64,000 bases of DNA, taken from Alphaproteobacteria bacterium. Its GTDB lineage: Bacteria; Pseudomonadota; Alphaproteobacteria; CACIAM-22H2. Shown one piece after another: positions 41,130 to 51,060 of the stretch. Within the stretch, counting starts at the first letter, position 1. Every line of letters begins with the position of its first letter. The position numbers and the translations under genes are program-made. The notes beneath the pieces were generated by a model. It was not told where the DNA came from. It made no database searches and saw only the letters and a program-made list of their open reading frames with translations. The stretch is from assembly GCA_965279355.1 (NCBI GenBank), contig OZ257155.1, positions 3,881,048 to 3,945,047 on the forward strand, read 5' to 3'.

Positions 41130-41171
41130 AACTCTGTTGGCGGACAGGCTAATGCAGGGCGCGGCGTGAGG

Positions 41172-42434
41172 CTAGTGGCGCGCTGCGGACTCGGGCGTTA
41201 CGTCGGTCAGGCGGTCGATGCGTGCGAGCCGAGGGAAAATCTTCAGGCAAGCGCCGACAACGATCAGCGTGCCAACACCGCCGATGACGACGGCCGAGAC
41301 AGCGTTGAGCCACGCCGCCATCGCACCGGCACGGAACTCGCCCAGCTCGTTGGAGGCACCGACGAAGAGCATGTAAACGGCGCTGACCCGGCCGCGCATC
41401 TGCTCCGGTGTCGAAAGCTGTACGATGGTCGAGCGAACGAACACGCTGATGACATCGCCCGCGCCGAGGGCCGCAAGTGCGACGAGCGACACAATAAAAA
41501 TCTCGGAAAGGCCAAATACGATCGTTGCAGCGCCATAGAACGCCACACCGACGAACATCACGGCGCCGGTGTTGCGACGTATCGGGAAGTTGGCCAGCAG
41601 CAGGGCCGTGGCGACAGCGCCGACCGCCGGCGCGCTGCGCAGCAGGCCCAGTCCTTCGGGTCCGACCTGCAGAATGTCCCGCGCGAAGATCGGCAGCAGC
41701 GCCGTCGCGCCGCCGAGGATGACGGCGAACAGATCGAGTGAAATGGCGCCGAGCAGGATGGGCGTCCGCGCGACATAGATGATGCCCTCGCGGACCCGTC
41801 CGAACGCCGTCGTCCCGGCGGTGATTGGCGTATCGTACAGGCCGCGTGCGCGGATTGCGGTCATGGCGGCAGCGACACCAAGGCACAGCACAAGGCAGGT
41901 GCCGTACACGATGTCCGGTCCGAAGACGAAGAGCACGCCGCCGATGGCGGGGCCGATGATCGTGGCGGTCTGATAGGCGGAGGAATTCCAGGCGACGGCA
42001 TCCGCGAGTTGCGCGGCGGGAACGACAATTGGCGGAAAGGATTGCTGGGCGGGCCCGGAGAACGCGCGGCCGGCGCCGAACAGCGCCATTCCGGCATAAT
42101 ACGGCCAGACCTCCGTCGATCCGCTGAGCGTCAGGGCGAGAAAGAGCCCCGACGTGCCGGCTTGTGCGAGGTAGGACAGGGCAAGGATCAGGCGCCGGTC
42201 GACGCGATCGGTCAGGTCACCGGCTGGCAGGGTCAACAGCGCGAATGGAACGAACAGCGACAGCCCGACATAACCGAGCGCCATGGGATCGTTGGTCAGG
42301 TTGTAGACCTGCCAGCCGACCGCGACGGACTGCATCTGGATGCTGAGGGACGACAGGAAGCGCCCGGCCAGAAGGAAGCGGAAGTCGCGGATGCGCAGAA
42401 CGGCGCGCTGGCCTGAGCCGGAAGACGATGTCAT
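41172..42434 (-). CDS. MFS transporter
   Basis: A 420-aa protein with 12 TMS. Confidence 0.75.
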   Translation of the reverse strand: MTSSSGSGQRAVLRIRDFRFLLAGRFLSSLSIQMQSVAVGWQVYNLTNDPMALGYVGLSLFVPFALLTLPAGDLTDRVDRRLILALSYLAQAGTSGLFLALTLSGSTEVWPYYAGMALFGAGRAFSGPAQQSFPPIVVPAAQLADAVAWNSSAYQTATIIGPAIGGVLFVFGPDIVYGTCLVLCLGVAAAMTAIRARGLYDTPITAGTTAFGRVREGIIYVARTPILLGAISLDLFAVILGGATALLPIFARDILQVGPEGLGLLRSAPAVGAVATALLLANFPIRRNTGAVMFVGVAFYGAATIVFGLSEIFIVSLVALAALGAGDVISVFVRSTIVQLSTPEQMRGRVSAVYMLFVGASNELGEFRAGAMAAWLNAVSAVVIGGVGTLIVVGACLKIFPRLARIDRLTDVTPESAARH

Positions 42435-42484
42435 TTCCCCAGCGTTATCGCAAAAACCTCGCCAGCGCTACCGCGTAGCTTTCC

Positions 42485-44674
42485 TCATTCCGCCGCAACC
42501 TGTCGCCGTCCGGCCAAAGTTGCCATGACGTTGCCGATCAGCCGGTGGCCGATCTCGCCGTCTTCCGCGGCTCCCATGGTCAGGATGGATTCCGGATGGA
42601 ACTGCACCGCCGCCGCCGGTAACCTCTTGTGGCGAACCGCCATGATCAATCCGGCCCCGGTGCGCGCGATGACCTCCAGTTCATTCTCCGGAAAGTCCGT
42701 GGGGCGGGCATAGAGCGAATGATAGGCGCCGACGCGGCAAGGTGACGGCAGGCCGGCAAAGAGTGGGTCGCCGGTGTGGCTGATATCCCAGGTCTTGCCA
42801 TGTCGCGGCTGGGGCAGGACATCGAGCGCGCCGCCAAAGGCTTCGACCATGCCTTGCAGGCCCAGACAGACGCCAAATTGCGGAATACCGGCAGCGGCAA
42901 GGCGACGGACGAGATCGGGAACGCCGAACTCCTCAGGCCGCCCCGGTCCCGGCGAATGGACGACCAGATCCGGCTGCGCCGCCACCAGGCGATCAAACGG
43001 CAGGCTGTGGCGGTAGGTCGAGACATCGGCGCCGGTCTGCCGGAAATAATCCGCCAGCGTGTGGACGAACGAGTCTTCGTTGTCAATCAGGACCACGCGC
43101 TTGCCGGCGGCGGGTTTGGGCGGTGCGACGGGCTCGGCGACAATCGCAGGCCCGTTGGTCATTTCGGCGAGCGCGCGGAACAGGCTGGTCGCCTTGGTGC
43201 GGCATTCCGCGTCTTCTTCCAGGCCGACGGAATCCCAGACCAGCGTGGCGCCGGCGCGGTAATTAGCATAGCCGTCTTTCAGATGAACGGTGCGGATGGT
43301 GATGCCGGTATTTACGTCGCCCGACAATGCAAAAGCTCCAACAGCGCCGCCGTACCAGGCGCGCGAACTGCGCTCGGTCGCTTCGATGATCTCGATCGCC
43401 TTTTTCTTTGGCGCTCCGGTCAGAGTCACCGCCCACATATGCGAGAGGAACGCATCGATCCCGGTGAGGCCCTCGCGCAGACGGCCTTCGACGTGATCGA
43501 CGGTGTGGAACAGACCTTCATAGGTTTCTATCAGGCGCCGCCCGAGGAGTTTCACGGTGCCGGGCCGGCAGATGCGCGACTTGTCGTTGCGGTCGACGTC
43601 GGTGCACATCGTCAGCTCGACTTCGTCCTTTTCCGAGTTGATCAGCGCCTTGAGCCGTTCAGCATCCTGCATCGGATTCTTGCCGCGTCGCGCGGTACCG
43701 GAAATCGGGCAGGACTCAACACGATCCCCTTCAACGCGAACGAACATCTCAGGTGAAGTGCCGACAAGCTGATCGGGGCCAAGCTGAAGGAAGAATTCGA
43801 ACGGGCTTGGATTCACGCGCTTCAGGCGCGCGAACAGTGCCGAGGCAGGATGATGAAAAGCCGCGGAGTAGGTCTGGCTCAATACCACCTCAAAGATATC
43901 GCCAACCCGCATCCGCTCGCGCGCGACGTCGACGATCTTGGCATATTCCTCGGATGTGTGATCTGACGTCGGGGTCGTGTCGCCGTTCAGCTTCGGTGAC
44001 TTGGCAACCGCCTTGTTGAAACTGCGCCGTTTAGCGCCGGCGGTCGTTACGCCCGCCTGCTCGAACTCATAGTCGAGCCGGTAAGCGATCTCTTTGCGCC
44101 GGTCGAGGACCAGCATCTGGTCGGGCAGGAAGAGATGAAGGTCGCGCGTGTCGGCCGGCCGCTCGTTCTTGAAAGCGATCGGTTCAAACTGGAAGAGCAG
44201 GTCGTAGCCGAAGGCACCGTAGAGACCGATGAAGTTGTCCTGCAGTCCCTTGAAGTCGGCGATCAGGCGGCGCAGCGGCGACACAAGCGACGGCTGAAGG
44301 CTACGCTCTTCCTCGGTAAAGGTCTCACTGGAGGGAAGGATATCCAAAGCTAGGACACGGCTCTCGCGCTCGACCATCTTTGTGGATGGCGTATCGAGGA
44401 TCACCGGCTCCAGGATCTTCAGGAGTGCTTCGCCGCGCTCGTTCAGCGCGCGGAAGCTGATGCGGCGCTCGCGGCCGATGATCTCGACCGGCGGGGCTGC
44501 AAAGCCGAACTCCCACCGTGAATAGCGACCCGGATAATCGACGCCGGACGAAAAGAGAGCACCGCGCTCGCGGTCGAGCCGCTCGGCGAAGCCGTCGAGG
44601 GCCGTTTCATAGGAAAGCGAGCGCTGGCGGCGCTCGATGGCAATGCCGGACTTGCTGACAAATCGATACATCAT
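42485..44674 (-). CDS. trpE: Fused anthranilate synthase component I/II, TrpE(G)
   Basis: A 729-aa protein with a TrpE chorismate-binding domain followed by a glutamine amidotransferase domain. It has the catalytic Cys in a GVCLGLQ motif. This fusion is typical of rhizobia. Confidence 0.9.
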   Translation of the reverse strand: MMYRFVSKSGIAIERRQRSLSYETALDGFAERLDRERGALFSSGVDYPGRYSRWEFGFAAPPVEIIGRERRISFRALNERGEALLKILEPVILDTPSTKMVERESRVLALDILPSSETFTEEERSLQPSLVSPLRRLIADFKGLQDNFIGLYGAFGYDLLFQFEPIAFKNERPADTRDLHLFLPDQMLVLDRRKEIAYRLDYEFEQAGVTTAGAKRRSFNKAVAKSPKLNGDTTPTSDHTSEEYAKIVDVARERMRVGDIFEVVLSQTYSAAFHHPASALFARLKRVNPSPFEFFLQLGPDQLVGTSPEMFVRVEGDRVESCPISGTARRGKNPMQDAERLKALINSEKDEVELTMCTDVDRNDKSRICRPGTVKLLGRRLIETYEGLFHTVDHVEGRLREGLTGIDAFLSHMWAVTLTGAPKKKAIEIIEATERSSRAWYGGAVGAFALSGDVNTGITIRTVHLKDGYANYRAGATLVWDSVGLEEDAECRTKATSLFRALAEMTNGPAIVAEPVAPPKPAAGKRVVLIDNEDSFVHTLADYFRQTGADVSTYRHSLPFDRLVAAQPDLVVHSPGPGRPEEFGVPDLVRRLAAAGIPQFGVCLGLQGMVEAFGGALDVLPQPRHGKTWDISHTGDPLFAGLPSPCRVGAYHSLYARPTDFPENELEVIARTGAGLIMAVRHKRLPAAAVQFHPESILTMGAAEDGEIGHRLIGNVMATLAGRRQVAAE

Positions 44675-44787
44675 GGTCGCTACCCGAAAAATCTCGCGAA
44701 CGGATTTCGAATCCGGGCGTTCGGCCCGAAAACGGCAATCAGCTCAGCAGTAAATGAAAATGGGAAAGGGATGGCTGGTGACGGTTG

Positions 44788-44838
44788 TCACCACCAGAGG
44801 CGGGCAGCGGATGACCAGAGGTGCGATCCAGCAGACAT
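44788..44838 (-). CDS. trpL: trp leader peptide MSAGSHLWSSAARLWW (16 aa, 3 Trp codons including a terminal WW)
   Basis: A small ORF in the 300-bp leader upstream of trpE(G). It is followed by overlapping hairpins (CGGGCCGAACGCCCG and CGGATTCGAAATCCG) and a U-tract. Confidence 0.5.
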   Translation of the reverse strand: MSAGSHLWSSAARLWW

Positions 44839-44975
44839 GAACCCGAGCAGTTCCCGTAAAAATAGCGAACAGGAGCAGCTTAGCCGCAGAAATTGCCGCT
44901 GTCCAGCCAACCCAACGAGCCGGTAGTCGTTAAAAATGAAGATGATTCCCACCGCCGAGCACGCTACAAGGCCGC

Positions 44976-45953
44976 ATGAGCGTACTCGTCACCGGCGCCG
45001 CCGGATTCATCGGTTATCACGTCGCCGAAGCGCTGCTGGCGCGCGGGGAAACAGTCCATGGGCTGGACAATATCAACGATTACTACGATCCGGCTCTGAA
45101 ACAAGCGCGGCTCCAGCAGATCAGAAAGCACAGGAATTTCCGTTTCACCAAGGCCGACCTTGCCGAACCTGGCCTCGTGGCCGGCCTTCTGAAGTCGAAT
45201 TCCGATATCGATCGGGTGGTACATCTCGCGGCACAGGCTGGTGTGCGTTATTCGCTGACCAATCCGGCAGCATATATCCAGGCCAACATCGTCGGGCACT
45301 TCAACGTGCTTGAGGCTTGCCGCCACCAGAGCGGCCTGAAGCATCTAGTGTATGCGTCGTCGTCCTCAGTTTATGGCGGCAACACCAAACTGCCGTTTTC
45401 CATCGACGACATGGTGGATTCACCGGTCTCGCTCTATGCCGCGACTAAGGCCGCGGACGAGCTGATGTCGCATTGCTACAGCCACCTCTACGGTATTCCG
45501 GCGACGGGTCTGCGGTTCTTCACGGTCTACGGGCCGTGGGGTCGGCCGGATATGTCCGCCTATATTTTCACCAAAGCGATATTGGAGAAGAAGCCTATCA
45601 CTGTTTTCAATCACGGTGATATGCGCCGTGATTTTACCTATATCGACGATGTTGTCGCTGGCGTGCTGGTGGCACTCGACCGCCCGCCCACAGGGAAAGG
45701 TAAAGCACCGCATCGCCGCTATAATCTCGGCAACCACAAATCAGAGCCGCTGATGCGTTTCATCGAGACAATCGAGCGCGCGACCAATCATAAGGCGATC
45801 ATCGAGTTCGCGGAGATGCAGCCCGGCGACGTGAAGGAAACCTACGCCGATATCGCAGCAGCGCAGCTCGATCTCGGCTTCCAACCGAAGACGCCGATCG
45901 ACAAGGGCATCCCGCAGTTCGTCGATTGGTACCGCCAGTACCACGGCTCCTGA
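44976..45953 (+). CDS. NAD-dependent epimerase/dehydratase (UDP-glucuronate 4-epimerase-like)
   Basis: It has a GAAGFIG Rossmann motif and the YAATK catalytic motif. Confidence 0.85.
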   Translation: MSVLVTGAAGFIGYHVAEALLARGETVHGLDNINDYYDPALKQARLQQIRKHRNFRFTKADLAEPGLVAGLLKSNSDIDRVVHLAAQAGVRYSLTNPAAYIQANIVGHFNVLEACRHQSGLKHLVYASSSSVYGGNTKLPFSIDDMVDSPVSLYAATKAADELMSHCYSHLYGIPATGLRFFTVYGPWGRPDMSAYIFTKAILEKKPITVFNHGDMRRDFTYIDDVVAGVLVALDRPPTGKGKAPHRRYNLGNHKSEPLMRFIETIERATNHKAIIEFAEMQPGDVKETYADIAAAQLDLGFQPKTPIDKGIPQFVDWYRQYHGS

Positions 45954-45956
45954 GAC

Positions 45957-47744
45957 TCAGGCGTACAGCCGGTCCAGGTCGGCGCCGTAGGCTTCCCGGA
46001 CCTTGTGACGGCGGACCTTCAGGGTCGGCGTCATCATTTCATTGGCTACGGTGAAGGCTTCGGGAACCACGACAAAGCGTCGCACGCGTTCCATCTGGCT
46101 GACCCGGGCATTGACCCGCTGGACGGCCGCGTCGATGGCAGCGACAAAATCCTTTTCCTTGAGCAGTTCCGCGACGTCGCTCTTTCTGCCGCGCTCGCCG
46201 GCCCAGCCCTGCACGAATTCCGGATGCGGCACGATGGCGGCCACCAGATACGGCCGGCGGTCGCCATAGACCATCGCCTGCGCGATCTCCTTCTCGAGAA
46301 CCAGCAGGCTTTCGACATTGGCGGGCGCAATCATGTCGCCGCCGGAGTTCTTGATGAAGTCCTTCTTGCGGTCGGTGATCTTGATATAGCCGTCCTCGTC
46401 GAGCTGCCCGACATCGCCGGTATGCAGCCAGCCGTCGCGCAAGGCCTGCGCGGTGGCTTCCGGTTCGTTCCAGTAGCCCTGCATGACCAGCTCGCCGCGG
46501 ACCAGGATTTCTCCGTCTTCGGCGATCTTCACCTCAACGCCGGTCAGCGGCGGACCCACCGTGTCGAGCTTGACCTTGCTCGGCAGATTGCAGGCGATGA
46601 CCGGCGAGGCCTCTGTCTGGCCGTAGCCCTGCAGCAGGTTCAGCCCCAGCGCCGTGAAGAAGATTCCGATATCCGGATTGAGCGCGGCGCCGCCCGACAC
46701 CAGCGCCTTGAGTCGCCCGCCAAATCGCGCGCGAATCTTGTTGCGCACCAGCTTGTCGACGACCCAGTCGGTGATTTTCTCGCCAAAGGTGAGGCTTCTG
46801 GGGTCGTGATAACGCTTCTGTCCCAGGGTCAGCGCCTTGAAGAACAGCTTAGCCTTTAACCCGCCGTCACGTTCGATACCTGTGAGAATTTTGCGATGCA
46901 TCGTCTCGTAGAGACGTGGTACCGCCGTCATGATGGTCGGTCGAGCCTCAAGCAGGTTGCCGGCCAGCGCTTCCGTGCTTTCTGCGCAATAAACCTGTGC
47001 CCCGATGGTGATCGGGAAGTACACGCCGGCCGTATGTTCGTAGGAATGGGACATCGGCAGGAAAGACAGGAACACCTCATCCGCAAGCCCGAGTTCGAGC
47101 AGCACGTCATGGGCGCCCAGGCAGTTGTGGATAATGCTGCCATGCTTGAGCGCGACGCCCTTCGGCAGGCCACCGGTGCCCGAGGTGTAGATGAGGCAGG
47201 CGATGTCGCTGCGCTTGATCTGCGCGACGCGGGCCTCGATATCGTCCGGCGCCTGGCCGCCGCGGGACAGCGCCTCGTCCCAGCTTTCCATGGTGACGCC
47301 GACATCCTGGGTCAGGTGGGGCGGTTCGATGGCAATGATGAAGCCACAACCCGGCGTATGCCGGGCGGCGGGCAGCACCCGTTCCGCCAGCGCCTTTGTC
47401 GAGACGATAACGCCGCGCGCCCCGCTGTTGCCCAGGATGTGGCGGTGATCGTCGATGGTGTTGGTCGTATAGGCGGGAACGGTGATCGCGCCCAGCGACA
47501 TGATGGCGAGATCGGCGATCGCCCATTCCGGCCGGTTTTCAGAAACGAGGCCGACGCGATCCCCCGACCGAACCCCTTGGGCCGCCAGCGCGCGGGCAAG
47601 AAGGTTTGCCTGCCGGGCGCATTCGCGCCAGCTATAGGCCTTCCACGCACCGCCCTGCTTGGCCCACATGAACGGCTTGTCGCCGAGGCGGGCTACCTGG
47701 TCGAGGAATGCCCTCACGAGATTCGGGCATGCCTGGTAATCCAT
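45957..47744 (-). CDS. Long-chain fatty acid-CoA ligase (AMP-binding family)
   Basis: The ORF is trimmed to MDYQACP. It has the AMP-binding motif YTSGTGGLPKGV and a C-terminal KVRR motif. Confidence 0.8.
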   Translation of the reverse strand: MDYQACPNLVRAFLDQVARLGDKPFMWAKQGGAWKAYSWRECARQANLLARALAAQGVRSGDRVGLVSENRPEWAIADLAIMSLGAITVPAYTTNTIDDHRHILGNSGARGVIVSTKALAERVLPAARHTPGCGFIIAIEPPHLTQDVGVTMESWDEALSRGGQAPDDIEARVAQIKRSDIACLIYTSGTGGLPKGVALKHGSIIHNCLGAHDVLLELGLADEVFLSFLPMSHSYEHTAGVYFPITIGAQVYCAESTEALAGNLLEARPTIMTAVPRLYETMHRKILTGIERDGGLKAKLFFKALTLGQKRYHDPRSLTFGEKITDWVVDKLVRNKIRARFGGRLKALVSGGAALNPDIGIFFTALGLNLLQGYGQTEASPVIACNLPSKVKLDTVGPPLTGVEVKIAEDGEILVRGELVMQGYWNEPEATAQALRDGWLHTGDVGQLDEDGYIKITDRKKDFIKNSGGDMIAPANVESLLVLEKEIAQAMVYGDRRPYLVAAIVPHPEFVQGWAGERGRKSDVAELLKEKDFVAAIDAAVQRVNARVSQMERVRRFVVVPEAFTVANEMMTPTLKVRRHKVREAYGADLDRLYA

Positions 47745-47837
47745 GCTATTTCCCCCTGAATTGCGCCTTAGCCGGCGCCTTGGTTCCGTCGGTTGACAGA
47801 CACATATATCGGAAAGCGACCAGGAGCGAATACTCTG

Positions 47838-49652
47838 ATGACTACATATCGGGCGGCCCAGACGGCCGCGGCAGCGGCGGCGCCGGACCTCGGCAATCTC
47901 CCGGAATGGGATCTCAAGGATCTTTATACCGGACGGGACGCCCCCGAACTGGCCCGCGATCTCGATCAGGCCGAAAAAATCGCCAAGGATTTCCGCGAAC
48001 GGTACACCGGCAAGCTGGCCGGGCTCTCCGGCGTCGATCTCGCCGCTGCGGTTGCCAGCTACGAGCAACTCGATGAAATGCTGGGCCGGGTCGGGAGTTT
48101 TGCCTCGCTGACCTCGGCCGGCAACCAGATCGATCCCGAGATTTCCAAGTTCGCGCAGACGATGCGCGAGCGGCTCAACGGGATATCGACCCAACTAATT
48201 TTCTTTCGGCTCGAGATCAACAAGATCGACGACGCCGATATGGCGCAGAAGCTGAAAGACCCCAGGCTCGCCCGCTACGCGCCCTGGCTGCGCGACGTCC
48301 GGGTCTGGCGGGCGCATGACCTGCCGGATGAGCAGGAGCGGCTGTTGCATGAGAAGCGCGTCGCGGGCGCCGATGCCTGGAGCCGCCTGTTTGACGAGAC
48401 GATGGCGGGCCTGCGGTTCCCGGTAAACGGCAAGGACCTCGGCAGTGCCGAAGCGCTGCACCTTCTGTCGGATCGCGACCGCAAGGTGCGCGAGACGGCC
48501 GGCAAGTCGGTCGGCAAGGTGCTGGGTGACAATGTCCGGCTGTTTGCGCTGATCACCAACACCCTCGCCAAGGACAAGGAGATCGAGGATCGCTGGCGGA
48601 AATTTCCGCGGCCTATTTCATCCATGAATCTCGCCAATCTGGTCGAGGACGAGGTGGTGGATGCGCTGATCGCTGCTGTTCGCGCCGCCTATCCGAAGCT
48701 GTCGCATCGCTATTACGCGATGAAGGCGAAATGGTTCGGCCTTAAGCAGCTGGAATACTGGGATCGCAACGCACCGCTGCCGGAAGCCGACGAGCAGACG
48801 ATTCCCTGGGCGAAAGCGCGGGACACGGTGCTGGAAGCCTACGGGAAGTTCTCGCCGGATCTCGCATCGGTCGGAAAGAAGTTCTTCGACAGCGCCTGGA
48901 TCGACGCGCCGGTGCGTCCCGGCAAATCGCCGGGCGCCTTCGCGCATCCTACGGTACCCTCGGCACATCCCTATCTGCTGGTGAATTATCTCGGCAAGAC
49001 GCGCGATGTGATGACCCTGGCGCATGAGCTGGGCCACGGCGTGCATCAGGTGCTGGCCGGCAAGCAGGGGCAGTTGCTTTCAGGCACACCGCTGACCCTC
49101 GCCGAGACGGCGTCAGTGTTCGGCGAGATGCTGACCTTCCGCTCCATGCTCGACAACGAGACGGACCCGAAAAAGCGCAAGGCAATGCTGGCCGGCAAGG
49201 TCGAGGACATGCTGAACACGGTCGTGCGTCAGATCGCCTTCTGCGAATTCGAGCGCCGCATTCACGACGAACGCCGCCAGGGCGAGATGACGCCGGAACG
49301 GATCTGCGAAATCTGGATGTCGATCCAGGGCGAGAGCCTGGGGCCGGCTCTGCATTTCGACGAAGAGTACAAATACTACTGGAGCTATATCCCGCATTTC
49401 ATCCATTCGCCGTTCTACGTCTACGCTTACGCGTTCGGTGATTGTCTGGTGAACTCGCTCTACGCCGCCTATCGCAAGACACCTTCGGGCTTCGCCGAGA
49501 AATATCTCGACATGCTCAAAGCCGGCGGCTCGAAGCGGCATCAGGAACTGCTGGCGCCGTTCGGCTTCAACGCCGCCGATCCTGCGTTCTGGAGCATCGG
49601 GCTCAGCGTCGTCGAAGGGTTTATCGACGAGCTCGAAAAACTGGATGGCTGA
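47838..49652 (+). CDS. pepF: M3 family oligoendopeptidase (PepF-like)
   Basis: It has the HEXXH motif HELGHGVH. The start is trimmed to MTTYRAA, which has a GGAGCG RBS. Confidence 0.85.
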   Translation: MTTYRAAQTAAAAAAPDLGNLPEWDLKDLYTGRDAPELARDLDQAEKIAKDFRERYTGKLAGLSGVDLAAAVASYEQLDEMLGRVGSFASLTSAGNQIDPEISKFAQTMRERLNGISTQLIFFRLEINKIDDADMAQKLKDPRLARYAPWLRDVRVWRAHDLPDEQERLLHEKRVAGADAWSRLFDETMAGLRFPVNGKDLGSAEALHLLSDRDRKVRETAGKSVGKVLGDNVRLFALITNTLAKDKEIEDRWRKFPRPISSMNLANLVEDEVVDALIAAVRAAYPKLSHRYYAMKAKWFGLKQLEYWDRNAPLPEADEQTIPWAKARDTVLEAYGKFSPDLASVGKKFFDSAWIDAPVRPGKSPGAFAHPTVPSAHPYLLVNYLGKTRDVMTLAHELGHGVHQVLAGKQGQLLSGTPLTLAETASVFGEMLTFRSMLDNETDPKKRKAMLAGKVEDMLNTVVRQIAFCEFERRIHDERRQGEMTPERICEIWMSIQGESLGPALHFDEEYKYYWSYIPHFIHSPFYVYAYAFGDCLVNSLYAAYRKTPSGFAEKYLDMLKAGGSKRHQELLAPFGFNAADPAFWSIGLSVVEGFIDELEKLDG

Positions 49653-50991
49653 CGACGAAGAAAACTCGATCGGCGGACGGCTGAAGCGCTACGCACGCGT
49701 CGGAGCCGCTGTCGGCGGGATCGGTCTGCGTTTCGGGGCAGGGCGCGTCTTCGGGATCGATCTCGACAAGGGGAAGCATGCCGGCGAGCTGCGGCTGGCA
49801 CTGGGTGGGCTGAAGGGTCCGCTGATGAAGGTCGCGCAGCTTCTTTCGACCATTCCCAACGCGCTGCCGGAAGAATACGTGCAGGAGCTGATCCAGCTTC
49901 AATCCAACGCGCCCTCGATGGGCTGGCCGTTCGTGCGGCGTCGAATGGCGTCCGAGCTTGGTGCCGACTGGGAGAAGAAATTCGCGTCGTTCACGCGCGA
50001 GGCTGTGGCTGCGGCGTCCCTGGGCCAGGTGCATCGCGCGCGCACTCACGACGATGAAGATGTCGCCTGCAAGCTTCAGTATCCGGAGATGCATTCGACG
50101 GTCGAAGCCGATCTCCGCCAGTTGAAGCTCGTCTTCGCGATCTTCGAGCGTTACGACCGCGCCGTGAATACGCGTGAGATCCACGCCGAGCTGACGGCGC
50201 GGCTGCGCGAGGAACTCGACTACGAGCGTGAAGCCAAGCATATGAGCCTCTACGGGCATATGCTGAAAGACGAGACGGGCGTGCACATACCCGAGGCGGT
50301 TTCGTCGCTGTCGACACGCCGGTTGCTGACGATGACCTGGCAGGAGGGCGCCAAGCTGCTCAGCGTCAAGGACTGGCCGGTGGAGCGCCGCAACGAAGTC
50401 GCGATCAATATGTTCCGGGCCTGGTATGTGCCGTTCTATTTCTACGGCGTCATCCACGGCGATCCGCATCTCGGCAACTACACAGTGCGCGACGACGGCA
50501 CCGTGAACCTGCTCGACTTCGGCTGTATCCGCGTCTTTCCGCCGTCCTTCGTCGGCGGGGTGATCGATCTCTACAAGGCGTTGCGCGACGGCGATCAGGC
50601 GCTGGCGGTGAGCGCCTATGAGACCTGGGGCTTCAGCGGTCTTTCGAAAGAACTGATCGGCGTCCTCAACCAATGGGCGGCGTTCGTCTACGCGCCGTTG
50701 ATGGAAGATCGTCCGCGCCTGATCGAGGAAACCAACTCCGGCGTCTACGGCCAGAAGGTTGCCGGCAAGGTGCATAACGAACTTCGTCGTCTGGGCGGCG
50801 TAACGCCACCGCGCGAGTTCGTGCTGATGGACCGCGCCGCGATCGGCCTCGGTTCGGTGTTCCTGCATCTGAAGGCGGAGATCAACTGGCACCGCCAGTT
50901 CCACGATCTCATCCGCGACTTCGATCTTGACCGTTTGGCCAAGCGACAGGCGGCGGCGCTGAAACTGGCAAAAATCAGTAAGCCGGCATAA
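49645..50991 (+). CDS. ABC1/UbiB-family atypical protein kinase
   Basis: A 448-aa protein with the ABC1 motifs AAASLGQVHRA and HGDPHLGN. It overlaps pepF by 8 bp. Confidence 0.8.
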   Translation: MADDEENSIGGRLKRYARVGAAVGGIGLRFGAGRVFGIDLDKGKHAGELRLALGGLKGPLMKVAQLLSTIPNALPEEYVQELIQLQSNAPSMGWPFVRRRMASELGADWEKKFASFTREAVAAASLGQVHRARTHDDEDVACKLQYPEMHSTVEADLRQLKLVFAIFERYDRAVNTREIHAELTARLREELDYEREAKHMSLYGHMLKDETGVHIPEAVSSLSTRRLLTMTWQEGAKLLSVKDWPVERRNEVAINMFRAWYVPFYFYGVIHGDPHLGNYTVRDDGTVNLLDFGCIRVFPPSFVGGVIDLYKALRDGDQALAVSAYETWGFSGLSKELIGVLNQWAAFVYAPLMEDRPRLIEETNSGVYGQKVAGKVHNELRRLGGVTPPREFVLMDRAAIGLGSVFLHLKAEINWHRQFHDLIRDFDLDRLAKRQAAALKLAKISKPA

Positions 50992-51060
50992 GCGGCTAGA
51001 TGCTTAATGCCATTAATATAAAATATTAACTTTATTTAACAAAAAGTTTACGCGATCATC

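Noticed and set aside
44701-44716. A T-loop-like GGATTTCGAATCC motif that could hint at a tRNA.
   Set aside because: There is no acceptor or anticodon stem context. The motif is one of the attenuator hairpins in the trpE(G) leader. No tRNA-like cloverleaf was found anywhere in the window.
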